Shown piece after piece: positions 45,645-54,749 of a stretch of 64,000 bases of DNA; position 1 is the first letter of the stretch, and every line of letters begins with the position of its first letter. A program made the translations under genes and the position numbers. The notes below the pieces were generated by a model. The model was not told where the DNA came from, searched no databases, and was given only the letters and a program-made list of their open reading frames with translations. Origin of the DNA: Candidatus Binatia bacterium (lineage in GTDB: Bacteria; Desulfobacterota; Binatia; UBA9968; JAJDTQ01); assembly GCA_963666515.2 (NCBI GenBank), contig OY762897.2:3744001-3808000 (forward strand), read 5' to 3'.

Positions 45645-46955
45645 TCAGTTCTTGAGTTGGCGAACGATGCGGTCCATCGTGGCCTTGACGTAGGGGTCCG
45701 TCAAGGTCTTCTTCTCGATGGACTTCGATGCATGGATGACCGTGGAGTGGTCCCGGCCGCCGAACTCGGCGCCGATGGCCGGAAACGACGTGGATGTGTA
45801 CTTTCGGCACAGGTACATGGCCATCTGGCGCGCGAGGGCGACGTCCTTGGTGCGGCGCTTGGACTTGAGGTCGCTGATCTTGAGGTCGAAGTGATCGCAG
45901 ATCGCCTTCTGGATATTGCGCACGGTGACCTGTTTCTCGTTGTCCTTGAGGGTGTCGCGCAGCACCTCGGTGGCGAGGTCGATGGTCATGTCGGCCTTGG
46001 TCAGGGAGGCGAAAGCGCCGAGGCGGGTCAGCGAGCCCTCCAGTTCGCGCACGTTCGACCAGATGTTGGTGGCGAGGAAGTTGGCGACGTCCTGCGGCAG
46101 GTCGATTTCCTCCTCCTCGGCCTTCTTCATGAGAATGGCAATGCGGGTCTCGATGTCCGGCGGCTGGATGTCGGCGGTCAGGCCCCACTCGAAGCGGTTC
46201 CGCAGCCGGTCCTCCAGGTTGGGGATTTCCTTGGGGAAACGGTCTGACGTGATGATGATCTGCTTGTGGTTCTCGTACAGCGAGTTGAACGTGTGAAAGA
46301 ACTCCTCCTGGGTCCGCTCCTTGCCGGCGATGAACTGGATGTCGTCCAGGATCAGCACGTCGATGTTGCGGAAATGGTGCTTGAACTCGTTCATGCGGTC
46401 GCGGCGCAACGACCCGATGAGCTGGTTCATGAACGATTCGAAGGTGATGTACACCACCTTCTGATGCGGGTTCTGCTGGAGCAGCCGGTGCCCTACGGCG
46501 TTCACCAGATGGGTCTTGCCCAAGCCGACGCCGCCGTAGATGAACAGCGGGTTGTAGTGGTCCGCCGGCTTGCTGGCGACCGCCAGACAGGCGGCGTGGG
46601 CGAACTGGTTGCTCGCGCCGACGACGAAGTTCTCGAACGTGTAACGCGAGATCAGGGTCGATTCCGGTTCCCGTTTTCGCGGCTCGGGGCGTGCGCCCTC
46701 GCTCGCGTTCCGGGAGGCGGGGTTGACCAATATGGTGACGCGGACCGGCTTGTCGTGGTGACGGGAAACCTCGTCCTGGATGCACTCCAGGTAGTTATCG
46801 TTGAGCCAGTCGCGAAAGAGCGTGCTGGGCACCTCGATGGTGGCCGCTCCCTGCCTGACCTCGCTAACTCTCAGAGGTTTGATCCATGTCTGGAAATTGT
46901 GTAAGCCGATCCTTTCCTTGAGGCGATCCTGTATCTCACGCGGAAGCGGTTTCAT
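45645..46955 (-). CDS. dnaA: Chromosomal replication initiator
   Basis: YTFENFVVG, YNPLFIYGGVGLGKTHL, DDIQF, NVRELEG, FGGRDHSTV; ATG at 46955 preferred. Confidence 0.98.
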   Translation of the reverse strand: MKPLPREIQDRLKERIGLHNFQTWIKPLRVSEVRQGAATIEVPSTLFRDWLNDNYLECIQDEVSRHHDKPVRVTILVNPASRNASEGARPEPRKREPESTLISRYTFENFVVGASNQFAHAACLAVASKPADHYNPLFIYGGVGLGKTHLVNAVGHRLLQQNPHQKVVYITFESFMNQLIGSLRRDRMNEFKHHFRNIDVLILDDIQFIAGKERTQEEFFHTFNSLYENHKQIIITSDRFPKEIPNLEDRLRNRFEWGLTADIQPPDIETRIAILMKKAEEEEIDLPQDVANFLATNIWSNVRELEGSLTRLGAFASLTKADMTIDLATEVLRDTLKDNEKQVTVRNIQKAICDHFDLKISDLKSKRRTKDVALARQMAMYLCRKYTSTSFPAIGAEFGGRDHSTVIHASKSIEKKTLTDPYVKATMDRIVRQLKN

Positions 46956-46995
46956 CTTTACATGACCCTCGTTCGAGCGCTTGCGCGGGCGTAGG

Positions 46996-47027
46996 TTATC
47001 AACAAAATTGTCAACAGTTGTGGACAA
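46996..47027. promoter_or_regulatory. DnaA box cluster upstream of dnaA
   Basis: TTATCAACA (46996), TTGTCAACA (47008), TGTGGACAA (47019); 1-2 mismatches to TTATCCACA. Confidence 0.8.
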
Positions 47028-47208
47028 CCCGTCATCGTCCTGACCGTGGTTTCAAGCCGCACGAAGCCCGTCTTGCGCGCGCAAAGGTCCTGGTGACGGC
47101 GGCAAGTTTTCGCCCGGTCGAGCTTCTGAATGGGTCCAAGAAAAGGGGTTCTTGTAATGGTTTTCGGCGCGCATTGCAAGGACAAAAACAGACGGATTAT
47201 TTTCTGCA

Positions 47209-48507
47209 ATGAATTCCATGATATCGGCGTCGCCTGATCTCTTCGAGCGCTCGAAGCGGGTGGTGCCCGGGGGGGTCAACAGCCCCGTCCGGGCATGGGG
47301 GGCGGTCGGTGGCGAGCCTCTGTACGTCGCCCGCGGCGACGGTTCCAGGGTCTTCGACCGGGACGGCCGCAGCTACATCGACTATGTCTGCGCATGGGGC
47401 CCGTTGATCCTGGGGCATGCGCACCGGGCGGTGGTGGACGCGGTCGCCGGCGCGGCGCGCGAGGGCCTGGGGTTCGGCGCCCCGACGAGCGGGGAACTGG
47501 AGCTGGCGGAGTTGGTGAGCGAGCGGATCGGCGGCGTAGAGCAGTTGCGGCTGGTGAACTCGGGCACCGAAGCGACCATGAGCGCCCTGCGGGTGGCGCG
47601 CGGGTACACCGGCCGGAGCAAGGTCCTGAAGTTCGACGGCTGCTACCACGGGCACGCGGACGGCCTGCTGGCGAAGGCTGGCTCGGGCGTGGCCAGCTTT
47701 TCCTTGCCGGACAGCGCCGGGGTGCCGGAGAGCTTCACCTGCGAGACCCTGATCGCGGCCTTCAACGACGTGGATTCGGTACGGCGCGCGATCCGGGAGA
47801 ATCACGAGGATCTGGCGGCGGTGATCGTCGAGCCCGTGTGCGGCAACATGGGCGTGATCCCGCCGGAACCCGGCTTCCTGGAGTCGTTGAGGGAGCTTAC
47901 CGGCCGGTACGGCGTGGTGCTGATCTTCGACGAGGTGATCACCGGGTTCCGGGTGGCCCGGGGCGGCGCGCAGGAACGTTACGGCGTGGTCCCGGACCTC
48001 ACTTGCCTGGGCAAGATCCTGGGCGGCGGGCTGCCGGTGGGGGCGTTCGGCGGCCGACGGGACATCATGAGCTGCCTTGCGCCCGTGGGCCCGGTCTACC
48101 AGGCCGGCACGCTTTCCGGAAACCCCGTCACGGCGGCCGCGGGACTGGCTACACTGAAGGCCCTGGAGGGGCCGGGCGTGTACCGGGAACTGGAGGAGAA
48201 GGGGCGGAAGCTCGAGGAGGGGCTCAGGGGAGTGCTCGACCGCGGCCTGCGGGGCACGGTGAACCGGGTGGGCTCCATGTTGACCCTGTTTCTCGGCCCC
48301 GACCGGGTCGCCGGAGCGGACGATGCCCGGGCCTGCGACCGGGAACGCTTCGCCCGCTTCTTCCACGGCATGTTGGCGCGAGGCGTCTACCTTCCGCCCT
48401 CGCCGTTCGAGGCGCTGTTCGTGTCGCTGGCCCACGGCGAGGACGACATCGCGGCAACGGTGGAAGCCTTCGCGGACTGGGCCGCGGAAGAGTCCGCGCG
48501 GCGTTGA
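47209..48507 (+). CDS. hemL: Glutamate-1-semialdehyde 2,1-aminomutase
   Basis: PGGVNSPVRA, VNSGTEAT, GCYHGHAD, FDEVITGFR, GKILGGGLP, YQAGTLSGNP. Confidence 0.97.
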   Translation: MNSMISASPDLFERSKRVVPGGVNSPVRAWGAVGGEPLYVARGDGSRVFDRDGRSYIDYVCAWGPLILGHAHRAVVDAVAGAAREGLGFGAPTSGELELAELVSERIGGVEQLRLVNSGTEATMSALRVARGYTGRSKVLKFDGCYHGHADGLLAKAGSGVASFSLPDSAGVPESFTCETLIAAFNDVDSVRRAIRENHEDLAAVIVEPVCGNMGVIPPEPGFLESLRELTGRYGVVLIFDEVITGFRVARGGAQERYGVVPDLTCLGKILGGGLPVGAFGGRRDIMSCLAPVGPVYQAGTLSGNPVTAAAGLATLKALEGPGVYRELEEKGRKLEEGLRGVLDRGLRGTVNRVGSMLTLFLGPDRVAGADDARACDRERFARFFHGMLARGVYLPPSPFEALFVSLAHGEDDIAATVEAFADWAAEESARR

Positions 48508-48542
48508 CCGGCCGTAGCCCGCATGTTAGAAAACCCTCCCCA

Positions 48543-48794
48543 GTGAGCAACGGAACCGAGGGCGGAGACGCATCGTCCCCAAAGAGTCCTTTTCTCTTTC
48601 GTGCCGCCAAGTACACGGCGGTGGGCTTTGAATTCCCCTCAACGGTCGGAGCCGGTCTGGTCCTGGGTTACTTCGCGGATCAGTACCTCGACACCTCCCC
48701 GTGGATGGTTCTGGTGCTGGGCCTGTCGGGGCTGGTGCTCGCTTTCTACCGGCTGGTGCTGCTGTTGCGGCACTTCTCGGCGGAGCGGAAATGA
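48543..48794 (+). CDS. AtpZ/AtpI family small membrane protein
   Basis: End of ORF 47295..48794: VGFEFPSTVGAGLVLGYFADQYLDTSPW; GTG start inferred. Confidence 0.8.
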   Translation: MSNGTEGGDASSPKSPFLFRAAKYTAVGFEFPSTVGAGLVLGYFADQYLDTSPWMVLVLGLSGLVLAFYRLVLLLRHFSAERK

Positions 48795-49168
48795 GCTGGG
48801 AAGCTCAGGGTCTGCCGGTGTTCCGGGTGGAGCTGTGGCACGGGCTCCTGGTGCTGGCGTGCATGGCGCTGGCGCCGCTGGACTGGGTGGAGCCGGGCGG
48901 CCTGTTGCTGGGCGGCCTGTTCATGGGCGTCAACTTCCTGCTGCTGGCGGTGGGCGTCCGCTGGGTCATCGCCCCGTTCGCGAGCAAGGGCAGGGTGCGG
49001 GCAGGGGTCGCGTTGCTGATCCTGAAGTTCTGCTTCCTGCTGGGCGCTTCGTGGGTGCTGTTGACCCGCATCGCGCCGGACGCCCTGTCCTTTGCCCTGG
49101 GGGTCAACTGCCTGATCCTGGCGATCTTGTGGGATCGGCTCTACGATACGAAGTTGAGCAAAAGCTGA
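48791..49168 (+). CDS. atpI: ATP synthase subunit I-like membrane protein
   Basis: Four hydrophobic segments, GGLFMGVNF; ATGA overlap; directly before atpB. Confidence 0.75.
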   Translation: MSWEAQGLPVFRVELWHGLLVLACMALAPLDWVEPGGLLLGGLFMGVNFLLLAVGVRWVIAPFASKGRVRAGVALLILKFCFLLGASWVLLTRIAPDALSFALGVNCLILAILWDRLYDTKLSKS

Positions 49169-49177
49169 GCAAGCACG

Positions 49178-49879
49178 ATGGGACATCATCCGTTTACCTG
49201 GTATGACCTGCTGCCCGCGGCCTTGCAAGGCGTGTTGCCGCTGCAGATCTTCTTCTCGGTGGTCAGCATGGTGCTGCTGGTCTGTCTGGCGCTGGGCGTC
49301 CGGCGCCGTCTGCGGGACACCCACAACGCGGTGATCCCCAGCGACCGCATCACGCTGGTGAACGTCTTCGAGCTGCTGATCGAGTTCGTCATGGGCTTGA
49401 GCGACAGCATTATCGGCCACAAGGGGCGGCAGTACCTCCCGCTCTACGGGACGTTCTTCATCTTCATCCTGCTGTCCAACTTCATCGGGCTGGTGCCGGG
49501 CTTCTCGCCCCCCACCAGCAATCTCAACATCACCCTGGGGATGGGGCTGATCTCGTTCGGCGCCTATCACTACTTCGGCATCCGGGAGCACGGCGGCGGC
49601 TACCTCAAGCAGTTCATGGGGCCGTTCCTGGTGATCGCTCCGCTGTTCTTCCTGATCGAGGTGTTCTCGCACATGTTCCGGCCGCTCACGCTGGGCCTGC
49701 GGCTGGCCTTCAACATGTTCGCCGACCACCTGGTGGTGGAAATCTTCACCGGCCTGACCTACGTGGTGATCCCGGTGCTGTTCTACCTCCTGGGGGCGCT
49801 GGTCTCGGTGATCCAGGCGTTCGTTTTCACCCTGTTGAGCATGATCTATGCATCCCTGGCGTTGAGCCATGATCATTGA
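49178..49879 (+). CDS. atpB: F0F1 ATP synthase subunit a
   Basis: SNFIGLVPG, PPTSNLN, RPLTLGLRLAFNM, IQAFVFTLLS. Confidence 0.96.
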   Translation: MGHHPFTWYDLLPAALQGVLPLQIFFSVVSMVLLVCLALGVRRRLRDTHNAVIPSDRITLVNVFELLIEFVMGLSDSIIGHKGRQYLPLYGTFFIFILLSNFIGLVPGFSPPTSNLNITLGMGLISFGAYHYFGIREHGGGYLKQFMGPFLVIAPLFFLIEVFSHMFRPLTLGLRLAFNMFADHLVVEIFTGLTYVVIPVLFYLLGALVSVIQAFVFTLLSMIYASLALSHDH

Positions 49880-49954
49880 GCGCCGCGGCGGCATGCGGAG
49901 AGGATGATGAGGAGAGGCGGGCCGGCATCCGTAGCGCCGGAAAGGAGGAAACAG

Positions 49955-50281
49955 ATGACGCAACTCACAGCCTTCGTACTCACGGGACTCTTCGTGCTGA
50001 TCCTGTCGGGCGTGGCCGCTGCCGCGGACGCCGCTGCCGGCGGCTCGGCGAGCATGGTCCCGGGCATCGTTGCACTGGGCGCCGGCCTCGGCATCGCCAT
50101 CGCCGCGTTCGGCTGCGCGCTCGCGCAAGGCCGGGTGGGCGGCGCGGCCATGGAAAGCATCGGCCGCAACCCCAACTCCGCGGACAAGATCTTCACCCCG
50201 TTGATCCTGTCCCTGGCCCTCATCGAAGCGCTGGGCATCTACGCCCTGATCATCGCCTTCATCCTCGCGGGCAAGGTGTAG
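49955..50281 (+). CDS. atpE: F0F1 ATP synthase subunit c with N-terminal extension
   Basis: AGGAGG RBS; IGRNP loop, LALIEALGIYAL. Confidence 0.95.
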   Translation: MTQLTAFVLTGLFVLILSGVAAAADAAAGGSASMVPGIVALGAGLGIAIAAFGCALAQGRVGGAAMESIGRNPNSADKIFTPLILSLALIEALGIYALIIAFILAGKV

Positions 50282-50293
50282 TCGCGCCGCGGC

Positions 50294-50347
50294 GCGCAAA
50301 ACAAGGGCAGGGGCCGCTACTGGTGGCAGCCCCTGCCCTTTTTGCGC
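50294..50347. terminator. Intrinsic terminator, probably bidirectional
   Basis: aagggcaggggc...gcccctgccctttt between convergent atpE and deaminase. Confidence 0.85.
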
Positions 50348-50358
50348 AAATCCCCCAG

Positions 50359-50823
50359 TTACGGCATCGCCACCGGGTGCAGCCCGACACCCGTGTGCTC
50401 CAGGATGTCCGCGACGGTATCGAGCTTGTAGGGTTTCTCGTAGTAGATGTCGCCGATGCCGGTGTTCACCAGCACCTTGAGGCAGTGGATGCAGGGGGTG
50501 TGGGTGATGTAGATGGAGGCGTCCTTGATGCTGGCGCCGTTCTTGGCGGCTTGGGCGATGGCGTTGATCTCCGCGTGGATGGTGCGGAAGCAGTTCTGCT
50601 CGACCTCCCCGCCGGGGTTCCTGGACTCGTAGACCAGGCAGCCCACTTCCGTGCAATGGGGCATGCCCGCGGGCGAGCCGTTGTAGCCCGTGGCCAGGAT
50701 GCTCCGGTCCCGGACGATCACCGCGCCCACCTTGGCGCGGGTGCAGGTGGACCGTTCCGCCACCTGCCGGGTGATGGTCATGAAGTACTGGTCCCAGCTC
50801 AGCCGTTCGTCTTGAGTGCTCAC
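50359..50823 (-). CDS. dCMP deaminase / ComEB family protein
   Basis: SWDQYFM, RSTC, TGYNG, HAEINA, PCIHC. Confidence 0.92.
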   Translation of the reverse strand: MSTQDERLSWDQYFMTITRQVAERSTCTRAKVGAVIVRDRSILATGYNGSPAGMPHCTEVGCLVYESRNPGGEVEQNCFRTIHAEINAIAQAAKNGASIKDASIYITHTPCIHCLKVLVNTGIGDIYYEKPYKLDTVADILEHTGVGLHPVAMP

Positions 50824-50905
50824 CGCGGTGACCTTTCGTTCAGCCCCGTCAGTATTCGAGGGGGCACTATACCATGCAGCCTCTTCGTATCGCGGCGCCC
50901 TGCGT

Positions 50906-51068
50906 CGTCATTCCGGCGAAAGCCGGAATCCAGGACGGGCGGGGCGGGGAATCACTCTCGTCTGCCCCTCCCCACCCCTGGATTCCGGCTTTCGCCGGAA
51001 TGACGATTTCGGAGGTCATCGCCTATCTCGGACGACGTTTTGGCACCGCCTGGAAAGCGGGAATCCAG
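50906..51068. repeat. Inverted REP pair plus a degenerate third copy
   Basis: Copies at 50906-50933 and 50978-51005; partial gaaagcgggaatccag at 51053-51068. Confidence 0.9.
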
Positions 51069-51860
51069 GGGAGGAGGGGGCGCAAGCAGCACCCGCGTCC
51101 CCGTTCCCGCGCCGAGGCCCGCCTGGGCGCTGCCGTTGCAGCGGGATATCTCCAGCAGTCCCCAGCTATTGACCAAGGCTAGGTAGTTGCCGGCGCCGGC
51201 CGAGGCGTAGTTGTCCGACAGGCCCCGGATGACGCTGTCGCCGACCCGCACCGAAACGCTCTCCGTGTCGAGCCGGCCCAGGTGCTCGCGGCGGATGTTG
51301 GTGGTCAGGTTGCCGAAGCCGTCGACATAGATCACCTGGCCGGCGATGCCGCCCCCGTCTCGTATCTCCGGGTCGGGAACATGCAGGCTCTCGAAGCTTT
51401 CCACGGTCTCGCCCAGCTTCTCCAGCCGAACACCCGCCGACAGGTGGGCGGCCACGGGTGCGAAGACGTCTCGGCCGTGGAACGTCGTGCTGGTGGGCTG
51501 GAGGTGATACTCGGGTTTGGAAAGGTGGATGATGCGGCGCAGGCGTTGCCGCCCGGCCGCGAGGCTCAGGAGCCCGTTGTCCGGGCCCACGTAGCAGGCC
51601 CGGTCGGTTTCGAGCAGGATGGGCCGCCGGTCGCCGCCGACGCCGGGATCCACCACCGCCACGTGGACCACGCCCTCCGGAAAGAAGTCCACGGCGGACG
51701 CCAGCGCCAGCGCGCCTCCGGTGACGTCCTGAGGGGCGACGCCGTGGGTCAGGTCGATGAGGGTGGCGCCAGGGTCGATGGCGGCCACCACCCCCTTCAT
51801 GATGCCGACGAAGGGGTCGCGGTAGCCGAAGTCCGTGGTCAGGGTGATGATTCTTGACAC
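50952..51860 (-). CDS. SAM hydroxide adenosyltransferase (DUF62 family) with REP-derived C-terminal tail
   Basis: ITLTTDFG, VVDPGVGGDRR, GPDNG, STTFHGRDVFAP, YVDGFGNLTTN. Confidence 0.9.
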   Translation of the reverse strand: MSRIITLTTDFGYRDPFVGIMKGVVAAIDPGATLIDLTHGVAPQDVTGGALALASAVDFFPEGVVHVAVVDPGVGGDRRPILLETDRACYVGPDNGLLSLAAGRQRLRRIIHLSKPEYHLQPTSTTFHGRDVFAPVAAHLSAGVRLEKLGETVESFESLHVPDPEIRDGGGIAGQVIYVDGFGNLTTNIRREHLGRLDTESVSVRVGDSVIRGLSDNYASAGAGNYLALVNSWGLLEISRCNGSAQAGLGAGTGTRVLLAPPPPLDSRFPGGAKTSSEIGDDLRNRHSGESRNPGVGRGRRE

Positions 51861-51977
51861 GAGAGCCGACCCTAACGAATAACCCCCACCCGGTAAAGGC
51901 TTCCGAGGCCGCCTTGCGGAGCGGGTCCGGTAGCGGTTAGCCTACCCCCACATCCACCAGTTCCGAGGAGGACCGCC

Positions 51978-52664
51978 ATGATCGAGCTCTACACCAGCGC
52001 CACCCCCAACGGCCAGAAGATCCACATCATGCTGGAGGAGACCGGCCTCCCTTACCGTCTTCACTGGGTCGATCTCAGGAAGGGCGAGCAGTTCGATCCG
52101 GAGTTCCTCAAGATCAGCCCCAACAACAAGATCCCCGTCATCTTCGACCGGGACGGCCCCGGAGGGGAGCCTATCTCGGTGTTCGAGTCCGGCGCCATCC
52201 TGGTCTACCTAGCCGAAAAGACCGGGAAGTTCCTGCCCACCGAAACCCGTGCCCGCACCCGTGTGCTGGAGTGGCTGATGTTCCAGGTGGGCGGCGTCGG
52301 TCCCATGCTCGGCCAGGCGCACCACTTCCGCGCCTACGCGCGCGAGAAGATCCCCTACGCCATCGAGCGCTACACCAGCGAGGGGGCGCGCATCTACCGG
52401 GTGCTGGACAAGCGGCTGTCCGAGAGCGAGTACCTGGCGGGAGACTACTCCATCGCCGACATGGCGGTGTTCCCGTGGATCCGTCTGCACGAGCGGCAGG
52501 GCCAGGACATGGCCGACCACCCCCATCTGAGCCGGTGGTTCAACACCATTGCCGCGCGGCCCGCAGTGGCCAGGGACATGGAGAAGACCCGGGACGTGGT
52601 GGGTGCCATCACCGACGAGATGTGGGACAATCTCTGGGGCAGGAAGCAGTTCGAGCGGCGCTGA
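51978..52664 (+). CDS. Glutathione S-transferase, YfcG-like
   Basis: ATPNGQK, ISPNNKIP, FESGAIL, GPMLGQAHHF, YSIADMA. Confidence 0.92.
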   Translation: MIELYTSATPNGQKIHIMLEETGLPYRLHWVDLRKGEQFDPEFLKISPNNKIPVIFDRDGPGGEPISVFESGAILVYLAEKTGKFLPTETRARTRVLEWLMFQVGGVGPMLGQAHHFRAYAREKIPYAIERYTSEGARIYRVLDKRLSESEYLAGDYSIADMAVFPWIRLHERQGQDMADHPHLSRWFNTIAARPAVARDMEKTRDVVGAITDEMWDNLWGRKQFERR

Positions 52665-52678
52665 CCGGGGGCCGCGGC

Positions 52679-53116
52679 CTACGAGCTGCTGTCCATGGGG
52701 TAGCCTTTCTCGGTCCAGCCGGGAAGCCCCTCGTACAACACCCTCATGTTGCGGTGGCCCTGCTTGTGGAGAATCTCGTAAGCCAACCTGGACAGGTGGC
52801 GAGGGCACTGTCAATAGAGGACGACGAGACCTTCTTTCGGCACGAGGTCCTTGCCCCGGAAAAAGGCGCCCAAGGGTATGGAGAGGGCGCCCTTGATGTG
52901 CCCCGCGTCATAGCTGCGGCGCTGCCGGACGTCCACCAGGGTGATCGGCTTGCGGTCGAGGATGTGCTGGACCAGCTCTTCCACCCGGATATACCGGACC
53001 GCGATCTTGTCCGAGGTCTCTACTTTGGCGTACTCGGGGTATATCCCCGGGTCGCCCCAGGCAGGCGCCGCCGCCATCAACAGCAGCGCCGTCAGTCCAA
53101 CCGCAAGGCGTCGCAT
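52679..53116 (-). CDS. Exported rhodanese-domain protein, probable selenoprotein (UGA at 52811-52813)
   Basis: Signal peptide; LVDVR, YDAGHIKGALSIP, VVLY-TGA-QCP, then in frame RHLSRLAYEILHKQGHRNMRVLYEGLPGWTEKGYP to TAG at 52679. Confidence 0.85.
52775..52803 (-). promoter_or_regulatory. Putative bacterial SECIS element
   Basis: mRNA UGA-CAGUGCC-CUC-GCCACCU-GUCC-AGGUUGGC-UUAC-GAG; G-initiated loop 17 nt after the UGA, bulged U in the stem. Confidence 0.65.
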
Positions 53117-54012
53117 CAGCCGCCCTCGCTTTCCGGGGTCTTGACGCCCGCGAACCTAGCGCGGTCCGCCAGCATCGCCGGCGTCAGCACGCCGGTGTGG
53201 CGCCGGCCGTTGATGATCCACGTGGGATAGGAACGGACGCCGGCCGCCAGACACTTGGACGCCACCGGTCCGCTGCGTCCCGCGGGACTGCATTCGACGT
53301 AGGGAATGCGGTGGGCGGACGTCCCGAACAGTTCCTTCTGGCTCTCGCAGGCCGGACACCAGAACGCCCCGTACATCTTGACGCCGGTCTCTTCCAGGTG
53401 GGTGGCCAGCCCCTTCATCCAGGGGTCCTCCTTGCCCGAGGCCCCCACGGAGACGCCCGAATAGAAGACCAGGTGCAGCGCCACCACCGCGACCCCGGCC
53501 GCCAGGAAGCTCGATCCCAGCCAGGGCTGCCACGCAAGCCGGCGGCTCACCTGCGGGATCTGGAACAGGGTGACGACGAAGATGGCCGCAAGAAGCCCGA
53601 GGGACGTCAGGCAGTACGGACAGGCCGCCTCCAGCCGGAACACCGAAATGGCCGTGAGATACACGCTGTAGGCGACGCCGAACAGCGAGACCGCGGCGGT
53701 CAGTTTCCAGCGCTGGCTACGGCGTTTGCCGAAGGCCGCGGCTGCAAGCACCGCGTAGATGAAGAAACCCCAGAGCGACGTGGGCAGGCCCAGCAGCACC
53801 GACCAGCGGCTGTGCAGCACGATGTCGCAGTCGGCTCCCGCCTCGCAAAAGGCCGCCTTCTCCCCCAACCACGCGGTGCCGGTCAGATACCCCGCCAGCG
53901 CCAGCCCCACCACCGCCAGAGCCAGAACCGGCCAGTTCGGACTCGCGGACCCGGCCGCCGCCGGCTGCTGCCGGGGTCCTCGCCCGCCTTTCTTCCTCGA
54001 TGCCTTGGCCAT
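53116..54012 (-). CDS. VKOR-family protein fused to a thioredoxin-like domain
   Basis: Loop cysteines FCEAGADCDIVLHSRWS, ACPYC, then MYGAFWCPAC, YVEC, SYPTW. Confidence 0.92.
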   Translation of the reverse strand: MAKASRKKGGRGPRQQPAAAGSASPNWPVLALAVVGLALAGYLTGTAWLGEKAAFCEAGADCDIVLHSRWSVLLGLPTSLWGFFIYAVLAAAAFGKRRSQRWKLTAAVSLFGVAYSVYLTAISVFRLEAACPYCLTSLGLLAAIFVVTLFQIPQVSRRLAWQPWLGSSFLAAGVAVVALHLVFYSGVSVGASGKEDPWMKGLATHLEETGVKMYGAFWCPACESQKELFGTSAHRIPYVECSPAGRSGPVASKCLAAGVRSYPTWIINGRRHTGVLTPAMLADRARFAGVKTPESEGG

Positions 54013-54110
54013 GATCGCTCCTCCGGGACCTTCGCCCGGTGCCTGACACTACGTCGAAATTTAACAGACCCGCCGGTTCCAAGACAAGAAACCGGCCCTT
54101 TCGAACCGGC

Positions 54111-54749
54111 CTACCCCGTTCCCGTCAGCAAGCTTCGGGCGTTCCGGCGCAGCCGTTCCAACGCACGCGGGTTGCGGCTTTCGTAGTAGCCCCGGATGAT
54201 GCCGTCGCGGTCCACCAGCACGAACCGGGTGCTGTGGAAGACTACGGGATCGTGCGTGTGGCCGTCCACCGGGGCGGCGCTCAGGCGGAACCCGTCCTGC
54301 ACGATGCGGCGGATCTCCCCCAACTCACCGGTGAGGAACAGCCAGCGCTCGGGGTCCGCGCCGTACCGTTCGGCGTATCGCGACAACAACGCGGGCGTGT
54401 CCGTGAGCGGATCGACGGAGATGGAGACGGACCGCAGGTCGCCGTAGCCCTTCAGGTCCGTCCGCAGCGCCGCCATGGCGCGGCTCTGGAGCGGGCAGGT
54501 GTCCCGGCACTGGGTGTAGATGAAGTCCGCGATCCAGACCCGGCCGCGCAGGTCGCCGGCGGACACGGGCCTGCCGCTTCGCTCCACCAGCGAGAAGTCC
54601 GGCGCCGGACCGTACCGCGCGAGCTGCTCCAGGACGGGCTGGCGCGGAGCCGCAGGGGGGGTACGGAGTTGTTGGATGACAAGGCTGACGAGGACGATGG
54701 ACAAGACCGTCCCGACGGTCACCTGGAGCATGAAACGCCGCTGTGTCAT
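54111..54749 (-). CDS. SCO1/SenC family copper chaperone
   Basis: N-terminal TM, FIYTQCRDTCP, SISVDP, HSTRFVLVD. Confidence 0.93.
   Translation of the reverse strand: MTQRRFMLQVTVGTVLSIVLVSLVIQQLRTPPAAPRQPVLEQLARYGPAPDFSLVERSGRPVSAGDLRGRVWIADFIYTQCRDTCPLQSRAMAALRTDLKGYGDLRSVSISVDPLTDTPALLSRYAERYGADPERWLFLTGELGEIRRIVQDGFRLSAAPVDGHTHDPVVFHSTRFVLVDRDGIIRGYYESRNPRALERLRRNARSLLTGTG

Noticed and set aside
46956-47027. N-terminal extension of DnaA given by the ORF track (MSTTVDNFVDN)
   Set aside because: The peptide is just the translated DnaA-box cluster; a downstream ATG is more plausible
49955-50281. Na+-translocating ATP synthase c subunit
   Set aside because: Gln and Tyr are present but the motif is E-A-L, lacking the Ser/Thr after the Glu; H+ coupling is more likely
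50952-51860. Fluorinase or chlorinase
   Set aside because: It keeps the Asp/Arg/His residues typical of DUF62 SAM hydrolases (VVDPGVG..RR, TFHGRD)
52811-53116. Truncated rhodanese pseudogene (101 aa)
   Set aside because: The stop is UGA at the catalytic position with an intact downstream frame and a SECIS-like hairpin, so recoding fits better; not fully excluded without sel genes
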